Assembly (NCBI GenBank): GCA_038213805.1
Contig: JBBQSO010000001.1
Coordinates: forward strand, 64,001 to 128,000
Length of the DNA: 64,000 bases
Direction of reading: 5' to 3'
From: Planctomycetota bacterium
GTDB lineage: Bacteria > Planctomycetota > UBA11346
Positions 47,421 through 56,100 of the stretch are shown in pieces; positions within the stretch are counted from its first letter, which is position 1; every line of letters starts with the position of its first letter. The notes under the pieces are model-generated. The model searched no databases, was not told the DNA's origin, and saw only the letters and a program-made list of their open reading frames with translations. A program made the position numbers and the translations under genes.

Positions 47421-49631
47421 ATGGAGCCAGCACTCGGTTCGGCACATGTCAGGAACAACGCGCAGACAGGCGATAGAGCATGCGTGCCGATGCCGGTGCG
47501 CTGTGGAGCAATGCCGTGTGCGGGCAAAACGCCCGGAACCCCTGGGATCACCCGCTGCGGCTTCACGCTTTTTGAAGTCGCCATCTCGCTCGGCCTCGCC
47601 GCCTTCGGGGTGGTCAGCGTCATGATGCTCTTCCCGCAGGGCATCAAGGCCCAGCAGATGGCCCGCTCCCGCTTCTTCGCCGCCACCAAGGCGCTGGAGA
47701 TGGTCGACAGTTACAACTCCTTCAACAACGCCACCGCGAACATCGACAACGAGGCGCCCGATCCCTGGGACGTCCCGACCGGTCGCTGCAGCTCTGCCAA
47801 CGACCTCGAGCGCCGCCTCGCCTCGCCGCGTTTCGGCATCGCGCCCCTGCCAACGGAGATCGCCAAGCGCCTCGATTCCGATGGCGACGAGATCCGGCAG
47901 ATCCTCGGCGACGGCGGTTTGCTGTATTATTCCCAACCGCAGGCGGCCGCCGGCTTCATGGAAACCGGGACGCCCGCGGCGCCACCGGTCGAGGCCCAGC
48001 GCCTGGTCTTCGCCGTGGTCGGCTATGCCCAGGACAACGCCATCCACGTGTTCCCCTGGAAGGCATGGCCGTACTACACGCCCTATCCGTCGCCGCCGAT
48101 GCACGGCTACCACCAGTACGAGGCCGATCCGGCGGTCCTGCAGTCGGTGCCGGCGGATGCCCTGCATTACTCCGCGGGCAGCTTCACGGTGGATCCTTTC
48201 CAGAATTCCCGGGACTGGGACACCGATCGTATGCTTATCGAGGACGCCAACGACCCGGACATGCGCAAGGTCTTCACCTGCACCAACCAGGCGGCCTCCG
48301 CAGGCGCCCCCGCCGGTTCCGTCGAGTTCGGCTACAAGCAGCACTTCAGGGAGCGGAGCCTGGACTCGGCGCTGCGCTACTGCGCCGCCGCCCTGTGGTA
48401 TTGCGAGCGCAAGTTTCCCGGCGCGGCGGCCTCATACTTCCTCACCAGCGCACCCTTGACGACCTTCCCGACCTCGGTCCCGCAGGACCGCAAGGGGGAC
48501 CTGGTGAACTGCCTGCGTTTCCTTTCGCACGCCACCACCTGCCTGACCGCCTTCGCCAGCAAGGGCACGCTGGATGCGGGCGTGATGGTTCCGCAACTGA
48601 CCGTGGATTCCCTGACCTCGCCGGCGGCCCTGGTGACGACGAGCGTCATCATCAACCAGCACGAGAGCTGCCTCGACCTGGCCATGCTGTTCGCCGCGAG
48701 CTACCCCTACGACTGGGCCGCTCCGCGACCGGAAAACCGCATGATCATGATGGATCATCCACTGCTGGAATACGATCTCTTCCCCACCAGCTCCGCGCCC
48801 ATGCTGAGCGGCAGGATCTGGCCCGGAAATCCGCTGATCCCGGCGAACCAGTGGCGTCCCATCGCCGCCCAGCCGATCGTGCACATCGGGCGCAGCTACC
48901 AGTTCCCCAGCGAAGACATCCCCAGCGCCAATCCGGTGTGGTCCTGGTGGGGCTCCACCACGCCTCCGACGCCACCCTATGCGGCCGGCCAGCCCAGCAC
49001 GTTCTGGGGTGACCCCAGCCATTTCACCCTGACCAACACCTTCGAGCCCAGCGAGCGCTGCCGGCAGCTGGTCTTCTGGGCGGTCGATTGGATGCAATAC
49101 GAGGACTGCGAGACCGCCCCGAGCGCACCCATCGACGCGAGCCGCTACACCCGCTCAGCGCCGAAGGCGAGGGCCGCAGCGGGCGGCCCGGTGGACACGG
49201 TCGATAAGCTGTTCGATGCGCCGGCGTTCATGGAGTGGGCCCAGCAGAGCACCAACCGCAATCCGGAGAAGACCATGATCTTCTCGGTCCCGACCGCCGG
49301 GAAGCCGGATGGGTACACCGGCGCGGATGTGGGACTGCCCAAGACCTTCTCCGATGGCTTCGCCTGGACCCTGCGCTTCGGAAACGACGGCGTCCCGACG
49401 CCGCCGACGTGGAATCCCTGGGCCTTCGGGCACAAGCGCGACCAGGGCATGACGCCCCTTGCGCCGAGCGACCCGGATCCGCGCAAGCTCTTCCTGGGGC
49501 GCTTCGGCGCCGATCGCAACTTCAATGGGCGGCTTGATCGTGGCACGCTCCCCGTCTCCGTCCGCCTCCGCGCCCAGACCGTGGCGCGCTTCAACTACTA
49601 CGATCTGCGCGTCCCCGCCATGATCCGCTGA
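47421..49631 (+). CDS. Large prepilin-type protein (PilV/GspI-like N-terminus)
   Basis: RCG|FTLFEVAISLGLAAFGVVSVMMLFPQG class III signal with Glu5; ~660-aa head domain. Start may be 47421 or a downstream ATG such as 47511. Confidence 0.82.
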   Translation: MEPALGSAHVRNNAQTGDRACVPMPVRCGAMPCAGKTPGTPGITRCGFTLFEVAISLGLAAFGVVSVMMLFPQGIKAQQMARSRFFAATKALEMVDSYNSFNNATANIDNEAPDPWDVPTGRCSSANDLERRLASPRFGIAPLPTEIAKRLDSDGDEIRQILGDGGLLYYSQPQAAAGFMETGTPAAPPVEAQRLVFAVVGYAQDNAIHVFPWKAWPYYTPYPSPPMHGYHQYEADPAVLQSVPADALHYSAGSFTVDPFQNSRDWDTDRMLIEDANDPDMRKVFTCTNQAASAGAPAGSVEFGYKQHFRERSLDSALRYCAAALWYCERKFPGAAASYFLTSAPLTTFPTSVPQDRKGDLVNCLRFLSHATTCLTAFASKGTLDAGVMVPQLTVDSLTSPAALVTTSVIINQHESCLDLAMLFAASYPYDWAAPRPENRMIMMDHPLLEYDLFPTSSAPMLSGRIWPGNPLIPANQWRPIAAQPIVHIGRSYQFPSEDIPSANPVWSWWGSTTPPTPPYAAGQPSTFWGDPSHFTLTNTFEPSERCRQLVFWAVDWMQYEDCETAPSAPIDASRYTRSAPKARAAAGGPVDTVDKLFDAPAFMEWAQQSTNRNPEKTMIFSVPTAGKPDGYTGADVGLPKTFSDGFAWTLRFGNDGVPTPPTWNPWAFGHKRDQGMTPLAPSDPDPRKLFLGRFGADRNFNGRLDRGTLPVSVRLRAQTVARFNYYDLRVPAMIR

Positions 49632-49639
49632 GCCGACCC

Positions 49640-50902
49640 ATGCGCATCCTGCGAACCAGTGGCTTCACCCTCATCGAGATGCTGATCGCGATCGCGCTGG
49701 GCGTGGTCATCATCACCACCTGCGCCGCCGGCTTCCGCGTGGCCAGCCAATCGATCAGCGTCGCCAACCGCCTGGCGCTCGAAAACACTTTGATGCGCTC
49801 CGGGTACTTCGCCGCCGTCGAGGAGGCAGACTACTGGGAGTCGTTCGATGATCCGAACGCCACGCCCGCGCCTGCGACGTCGCTGCGGGGCAGCGCCTCG
49901 CTGACCTACCATGGCGTCGCCACCGCGCGCGGCATGGCCTTCACGCCCCTCACCCAGATGGGCTTCACCTGCGCAGCGCCCACGAACAGCGAGGCCGACC
50001 GCGGTTGGGACAGCGCCTACCAGTGGCCAGCCAGCGATCCGCGCGGCTGGTACCATGGCCAGATCCCGGAATTCATGCACAATATCGACGGAAAATTCGG
50101 CTTCTACGAGGTGTTCACCCACCTCAGCAGTGCGCCGAACCTCTCCAGCACCGCCTTGGTCCAGAGCGCCAACCTGGTGGCATATGGGGTGGCGAGCCCA
50201 CTGCACACCTGGCTGCCCAACCAGCTTGAGGGGATGAAGAACGCGCTCGGATATTACGGCCTCTACGACTACTTCCCGGCCAACACCTTCTTCGGCTACT
50301 ACGGCCACGGCGATTGGGGGGACCAGTCCCTGTCCCATGAATGGTCGAACCCGGACAGCCCCAATACCGCCTCGCCAAACGGCTCGCTGTTCAAACTGAG
50401 CGGCTTCTCGCAGGGGTACGACTACTCGACGGTCAACGGCCGGAACAACAACACCAACAGCGTCTCCTTCCCCATCGTCCCGGCCTCGGGCTTCACCGAG
50501 TTCAGGACCGACACGCTGGCGGTCCAGGACCTGGTCAGCCGCAACCACAGCTCGTGGGTGACCAACACCTACCAGGCCGCAGGCACCAGTGCCGGCGTCA
50601 GCGGCTTCCTCGGCAATGCGCTCGTGCGCACGCCGCTCATGACGTCCCGGCCCGCCTACTGGCCCGAGCTGCGCGTCCAGGTCGCGCGCTACGCGAATCA
50701 GTCCCGCTTCGCCACCCTGTGCCGGATCAGCTGGCGCAGTCCGCTGACCGGTGCCACGGCCGAGGCCGCCTTCACCGTGCTGAGCACGACCTTGCGCGGG
50801 GCCCGGCAGCAACGCCGCCAGGGCGGCGGTTGGGCGACCTGGACGAATTCCATCAGCGATCCCATCCTGCGGACCACCGATGCCACGCTCGACAGCCCCT
50901 GA
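49640..50902 (+). CDS. Prepilin-type protein (PilW/GspJ-like N-terminus)
   Basis: TSG|FTLIEMLIAIALGVVII. Confidence 0.88.
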   Translation: MRILRTSGFTLIEMLIAIALGVVIITTCAAGFRVASQSISVANRLALENTLMRSGYFAAVEEADYWESFDDPNATPAPATSLRGSASLTYHGVATARGMAFTPLTQMGFTCAAPTNSEADRGWDSAYQWPASDPRGWYHGQIPEFMHNIDGKFGFYEVFTHLSSAPNLSSTALVQSANLVAYGVASPLHTWLPNQLEGMKNALGYYGLYDYFPANTFFGYYGHGDWGDQSLSHEWSNPDSPNTASPNGSLFKLSGFSQGYDYSTVNGRNNNTNSVSFPIVPASGFTEFRTDTLAVQDLVSRNHSSWVTNTYQAAGTSAGVSGFLGNALVRTPLMTSRPAYWPELRVQVARYANQSRFATLCRISWRSPLTGATAEAAFTVLSTTLRGARQQRRQGGGWATWTNSISDPILRTTDATLDSP

Positions 50903-50909
50903 GGTGCCC

Positions 50910-51893
50910 ATGCCGAGCGCCTCCCGATCTGCTCGCGGCCCGCGCTGCGGAACGGTGCTCATCCTGGTCGCGGGGATCTGCGCGCTGCTGGCATCGCTGT
51001 CGCTCGCGTTCATGATCACCATGCGTTCCGCCGCGGAGGAGAGCCGGGCGCTGGTCGCTGATGCGCAGGCGCGGATCATGCTCTATGCCGCCTGCAACTA
51101 CATCCAGGAGGCGTCACGACTGGGATATGACAACGGCCTTGACCATGGCGAGGCGCACGGCTGGATCGATGTCCGTGACGGCAGTGAAGGCCCGAAGATC
51201 AACCTTGGCGATCCGCCGCGGTTTCCCCGCAATGTGCCGCAGCGCTTCCCCATGTACGTCTGGCAGCAGACCCGCTACGCGATCAGGCCGACCACCGCCT
51301 ACAATCCCATCAGCACGGACGAAGCCGATGACAGCCGTTTCGGACGTCCGTACCTCGCCAATCCGGATCCGCAGCCGGTCGCCACGGAATTCGCCAGTGC
51401 GGACACCTCGGGACGGGTCAAGGACCACCTCCATGGCGATGCGCTGATCGCGCCCGACCGGCAGCCGGTCGGCACGCCGCGGTGGAACAGCGTCAACCTC
51501 TCGTGGTTCCGCATCGTGCGCATCGACAAGGCCCGTTTCCTGGTGACCTGCGGCGCCGGTTCGACCCAGGGCTTCCGATCCTACGCGGAGGCAGGCATCC
51601 AACTTGGAGCGGATTCCGCGAACCAGTTGTTCGGAGACGCGGAGATGTTCGCGCAGTTCCAGGACCAGGAGGTCCGCGCCTGGTACCTGGTCGAATGGAG
51701 CCCGGCGGTGATCGGCGGCATGAACAACACCACCGATGGCGGCATTATCGGCGCCGAGCATTTCATCATGCTGCCGGAGAACGCCAGCCACCAGTACTAC
51801 CCCGGTGGAGTGGCGAGCCAGTCCAATTCACGCAACATGGTCGGAACCATCCGCTGGATCCAGCGGCTGACGACGGAGCCCGCGGCCTGGTGA
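50910..51893 (+). CDS. PilX/GspK-like pseudopilin
   Basis: RCG|TVLILVAGICALLASLSLAF (no Glu5), followed by QARIMLYAA helix; GAGG RBS. Confidence 0.75.
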   Translation: MPSASRSARGPRCGTVLILVAGICALLASLSLAFMITMRSAAEESRALVADAQARIMLYAACNYIQEASRLGYDNGLDHGEAHGWIDVRDGSEGPKINLGDPPRFPRNVPQRFPMYVWQQTRYAIRPTTAYNPISTDEADDSRFGRPYLANPDPQPVATEFASADTSGRVKDHLHGDALIAPDRQPVGTPRWNSVNLSWFRIVRIDKARFLVTCGAGSTQGFRSYAEAGIQLGADSANQLFGDAEMFAQFQDQEVRAWYLVEWSPAVIGGMNNTTDGGIIGAEHFIMLPENASHQYYPGGVASQSNSRNMVGTIRWIQRLTTEPAAW

Positions 51894-51928
51894 TCGCCGC
51901 CAGGCACCAGTGCATCCGCACCACGATG

Positions 51929-54223
51929 TCACCGCGGTGGCAGGCCGATGGTGATGGCGCTGAAATCGACGGGATTGAAATGGGTCAGCAGTCCGACCTT
52001 GCCCTCCACTGGTTCGCCGAGGTCGGCAGCAGTGATGATGGCCGCCCCATTGATCGCGACGGTCACCTTTCGGCCGATCCGGGTCACCGTGACGGTGCTG
52101 GTCTTCCACTTGCCGGTGCCGACGCAGGCAGCCTGCGCCACCTGCGTCCGCATGCCCTTGGCGACGCGCGCCAACGCGACGCTGCCCAGGCCATCGATCG
52201 TCAGGGCATCGTAGTCCTGCGCATCGGTGAATCCGAAAACCAGACCGGCGACGTTGTCGAAGCGCGGCATCATGGACACCGTGAATGCGAGGTCCTTCAA
52301 AGTCAGGGCGTCGTAGACGCAGAGGTCGAGGCCCTCTGCCGACGTATGGTTGTATTTTCCTTCTGCGCACGACCAGGTGCCACCGAGGGGCGTCCAGTCC
52401 TTGGCGACGCCAGCGCTGAAGTCCGCCACATAGGACTTGGCTGCGGTGGTTCGGCTGATGGCGATACCCATCAGCACCGGTGCGCCGCGCAGGGCCTTGG
52501 CGACGATGTCGAGCTGCTGGTTGCGCACCTCGACGGCGATCGGGCCGCACTTCGCCCACCCACCAAGCGGCAGGTCACCGAGCCCGGAGATCACCACCCC
52601 GCCGCACGTGAGATCGAACACGCGCGCATGGGCGCGCTGGTTCTCGGCGGTCCAGAAGGTGACCTCGTAACCCCCATCAGGGAGCTTGAAGCTCAGCGCC
52701 AAGAGGTCGCTGCGCGCTGTGGAGATGCCGGAAGAGAGCATCGCCCGGGTGTCCGCGTCGGGCGGAGGCGGGATCAGGGCCAGCGACACCGAGACCCTGC
52801 GTGCATTCGTGAGGGTCATGCCATCCGCTTCGGCCAGCTTCTGGGATTGCCAGCGCCCACCCTCGATGATCACCGCCTCGCCGCCGAGATCGATGCCCTT
52901 GAGGAAGGCCGGGGCAGTGGCGGCGACGGGCGGTGCAGCCGGCGCAGGCAACTGCTCGCCCAGTGTGACCGGCACAGTGACGTCCGGGGGCGTGAGTGTG
53001 GCTGCGATCACGGGCGCAGCGGGCGCAGCCCCATCGGCCGGAGGTACAGGTGGCGTCGCGACCGCTTCCGGAACGGCGAGGGCCGCGCTTCGCGATGCGT
53101 GCAGAGCGGTTTCCGACGCCTCGCGGGGCGCGGGAAGCGCCGGCGGCTGCGCCACGATGGGCGCCGCAGGCGACGGTTGCGCGGGCAAAGGTCGATCTGC
53201 ACGCGGCGCGCCCGGAGCCGCATGCGCACTCGTGGGCTGGGTCGAGTCGTGACGGCCTGGATTGCCCGGCGGTTTGAGCATCACCGCCACGATCACCGCG
53301 ATCACGGCACCAACCGCCACGGTTGCACCCAGCACCGGCGATGGCAGGCGGCGGCGGAGACGTTGGGATGGAATCCTCGCGCTGCGGCGGCTGTCCACGG
53401 CAGCGGAGCGATGACTGTCCGCGGACGTGGCGCGGAGTGCCGGCGCTGCGGCGGCTGCCAGGATCTCGTCAGCGAAGGCCGTCATCGTCGCCATCGACGG
53501 TTCCCCGAGGGCCTCGCCGAGCAGCAGGTCGATCCGCACCTGGCGCTCGAATCTGGCCGCAAAGGGCAGGTCGTCGCGTACGCGCTGGGCGAGCAGGCTC
53601 CGCGAATCCGGGTCGATCACGCCCGCGAGGAAGTCCTCGATGAGGGCGGTCATCACACTCTCCTGACGCTGCACGCTCGCCCCTGGCGACGGCGGTTGGG
53701 GCTGGTCGATGGCGGCGCGGGCCACCACCAGGCCCGCATCGACCTGCGCCCGGTCCCAACCGCGCTGCGTCGCCAGCGCCGCATTGCCCAGGCCGCCCTG
53801 GTACCTGCCGAGGATCAGGTCGCGTTGTTCCGGATCGAGTCGGGCGATCCCCACCTGGATCCGGCCGGCGCCGCCCGGCGCATCCACACCGCTCTGCAAC
53901 GCTTCCCGGCCGGTCTGCGCCAGCAGGTAACCGAGCGGGTCCTGGATGGCGATCGCGGTGGCCGCGCCCGCGTCGAGATGCCGCGCCAGGGCGGTCGCGG
54001 CCAGGACCTGCAATCCGGCACGTTGGCCGATCGCAGTTTCCGCCTGGGGTCGACTGATCCACTGCGCCCACAGGTCCCGTTCGAGCGCGTCGATCTGCGC
54101 CCGCGTCGCGGCGAAACCGGCCAGGAATGTCCGCAAGGATTGGCGATGATCCGCCAGCACCTGGACGACGTGGTCACGGTCGAGCGCGAGGGCGGCAGAA
54201 GGCTGACGGCGAACCGGCGACAT
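51929..54223 (-). CDS. Membrane-anchored fusion: degenerate ECF sigma, anti-sigma-like domain, TM helix, Pro/Ala stalk, malectin-like and DUF1080-like domains
   Basis: HRQSLRTFL (sigma2-like); LDPEQRDLILGRY (sigma4-like); LIEDFLAGVID; TM VAVGAVIAVIVAVML; FLKGIDLGG..YEVTFWTAEN...RVFDL; AGLVFG..GKVGL. Start uncertain. Confidence 0.75.
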   Translation of the reverse strand: MSPVRRQPSAALALDRDHVVQVLADHRQSLRTFLAGFAATRAQIDALERDLWAQWISRPQAETAIGQRAGLQVLAATALARHLDAGAATAIAIQDPLGYLLAQTGREALQSGVDAPGGAGRIQVGIARLDPEQRDLILGRYQGGLGNAALATQRGWDRAQVDAGLVVARAAIDQPQPPSPGASVQRQESVMTALIEDFLAGVIDPDSRSLLAQRVRDDLPFAARFERQVRIDLLLGEALGEPSMATMTAFADEILAAAAAPALRATSADSHRSAAVDSRRSARIPSQRLRRRLPSPVLGATVAVGAVIAVIVAVMLKPPGNPGRHDSTQPTSAHAAPGAPRADRPLPAQPSPAAPIVAQPPALPAPREASETALHASRSAALAVPEAVATPPVPPADGAAPAAPVIAATLTPPDVTVPVTLGEQLPAPAAPPVAATAPAFLKGIDLGGEAVIIEGGRWQSQKLAEADGMTLTNARRVSVSLALIPPPPDADTRAMLSSGISTARSDLLALSFKLPDGGYEVTFWTAENQRAHARVFDLTCGGVVISGLGDLPLGGWAKCGPIAVEVRNQQLDIVAKALRGAPVLMGIAISRTTAAKSYVADFSAGVAKDWTPLGGTWSCAEGKYNHTSAEGLDLCVYDALTLKDLAFTVSMMPRFDNVAGLVFGFTDAQDYDALTIDGLGSVALARVAKGMRTQVAQAACVGTGKWKTSTVTVTRIGRKVTVAINGAAIITAADLGEPVEGKVGLLTHFNPVDFSAITIGLPPR

Positions 54224-54453
54224 AGGACACCCTGGGGACAGCACCTGCACGACTCCGGCCCGGCGCGCAGCAATCCGGCGGCCGGACAGCTTGCGTTCAC
54301 GACCGGAGACTGGGTCAGCATACGCCTGGAACCACTGTGCCACAAGCCGGGCCCGCTACCTGCAGAACTCCCGGACGATGGCCACAAGGATGTACAAATG
54401 GTTGCCACCGCAATTCTTGCGGACTTTGTCCCAGAGCCTCGAAAGTTCCGCGA

Positions 54454-56100
54454 TCACGGAAAGAGCGCCGCGACCCGCGCTGCCTCCTCACCCCCTGCGA
54501 AGAGATGCGCCCGAGCGCGCTCGCGATCCCCGGCCTCGAGGAGGTGGAAGGCGATGACGCAGTGATCGGCGGGCGTCGCCGCATCCAGCCTGGCGGCCAG
54601 GGAGCGGCGCTCGTCGCGGCTGATACGGACCCAGGACCAGGTGACATCGCCCAGCTGGCTGTGCAGGGCCAGCGAGCCATCGGCATCGGCGCGGGTGATG
54701 GCGGCATCGCTGGCGAAGACTCCGCTCCGATACAGGGCCGGCCGACCGGCGGCGGTCCGCTCCCGGATGATCGCAAAAAGCCGCGCGTCCCAGGTGTCCA
54801 GGTCCGCGGCCGCGACGACGCGGCGTTCCGGGTGGTCGGCGCCGGCCGGTGGACTGTCGATGGCGACCACCGCAGCCGCTGCCGTGACCGCGGCATGCCC
54901 GTGCCAGCCCGCGTACTTCATCGGCGCCGGCACCACGTAGAGCTGGGCGTGCGCCAGGACGTCGAGGATCTCCCGGTCGGATCCGCCGAGTTCGGTCCCG
55001 CTCGCCGCCGACCAGACATCGAGCTCGCGCACGCCCGTATCGTGCAGGTACCAGCCGTAGCGCTGGATGGCTTCGAGGATGCGCAGCGCGGGCAGGGACA
55101 GGTGGACCGCGCTCAGATCGAACGCGGGGTCGAGCTGGATGACGCCGCCATACGGCACCGCTCCCGTGCCGCCATCGGACGCGCCGACCCACTCATCCCA
55201 GTTGATGGCGGGGAAGGCGATGGCCTTCCAATAGCGTTTCGCCGGCCCGTACAGCGCATGCCGGATCGGCTTGGCCGCCGTCGCCTCGCCGGGACGCAGC
55301 AGGCCGACGAGATCCGACAGCTCCGCCGCGTTGGTGCCCTCACCGATGCCCAGCGAACCCAGGGGATGGGGCCCATGCACGCGCCAGCCGGTAAGGACGT
55401 CGCCGGCGACGCCGACATGCCAGGTGCAGGTGCTGGTGAGGGTGGCCGCATCGATCAGGACCAAGTGGCGGTCACCGGGGTTGGCCGGGAAGAACATCGC
55501 CACATCGGGGCGCGCATGCAGCTGGATGCGACGATCCCCGGGCCGTGGGTCATCGCGATCCCAGGTCTGGACGACGGTGCGCAGGGGATCCTTGGCGCCA
55601 GAGATCGCGACGCCGATCCCCCAGCCATCGCCGCCGGCGCCGACGGTGGCGACGTGGAAGGTGGACACGTAGCCGCGAGGCAGGGCCACACGCGGGCTGT
55701 CGGCGGGAATCGCATGGTAGAGGGGACAGTCAATGGAGAAGGGCAGCGGAAAATCACCTGCCAGGGGCAGCGGTGTGCGTGGTGACCAGTGCTTGGGCAG
55801 GAAGCGGCGCTGCGCGTAGCGATCGATGGAGATGTCGATGCCCAGCGACCGGTACATCGCCACCACCTGCTTGCGGCAGGCGACGATCGCGGGTTCGGCG
55901 CGATTCGCCGGGGTGATGGTGCGCGCGTAGATCTCCTCGACGGTGGTGGCGACCGACGATGGCTGGATGGGATAGGGATCGAGCTCGGCGCTGAAAGGCG
56001 TCGCGGCAGACCGTTCCGCCGCGCAGGCCGTCACCAGGCCCGCGATCATCAGTGCACTGGCGAGGTGCAGCCGCGCGCAACCGCGCCGCCCGGACTTCAT
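54454..56100 (-). CDS. Exported hypothetical protein
   Basis: ATGA overlap with the upstream gene; signal/lipoprotein-like N-terminus; GDRHLVLID, GLLRPGE, IRHAL, YGWYLHDTG motifs. Confidence 0.72.
   Translation of the reverse strand: MKSGRRGCARLHLASALMIAGLVTACAAERSAATPFSAELDPYPIQPSSVATTVEEIYARTITPANRAEPAIVACRKQVVAMYRSLGIDISIDRYAQRRFLPKHWSPRTPLPLAGDFPLPFSIDCPLYHAIPADSPRVALPRGYVSTFHVATVGAGGDGWGIGVAISGAKDPLRTVVQTWDRDDPRPGDRRIQLHARPDVAMFFPANPGDRHLVLIDAATLTSTCTWHVGVAGDVLTGWRVHGPHPLGSLGIGEGTNAAELSDLVGLLRPGEATAAKPIRHALYGPAKRYWKAIAFPAINWDEWVGASDGGTGAVPYGGVIQLDPAFDLSAVHLSLPALRILEAIQRYGWYLHDTGVRELDVWSAASGTELGGSDREILDVLAHAQLYVVPAPMKYAGWHGHAAVTAAAAVVAIDSPPAGADHPERRVVAAADLDTWDARLFAIIRERTAAGRPALYRSGVFASDAAITRADADGSLALHSQLGDVTWSWVRISRDERRSLAARLDAATPADHCVIAFHLLEAGDRERARAHLFAGGEEAARVAALFP

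Noticed and set aside
51482..54565. 1027-aa plus-strand ORF
   Set aside because: Shadow of the minus-strand sigma-fusion gene; no recognisable features.
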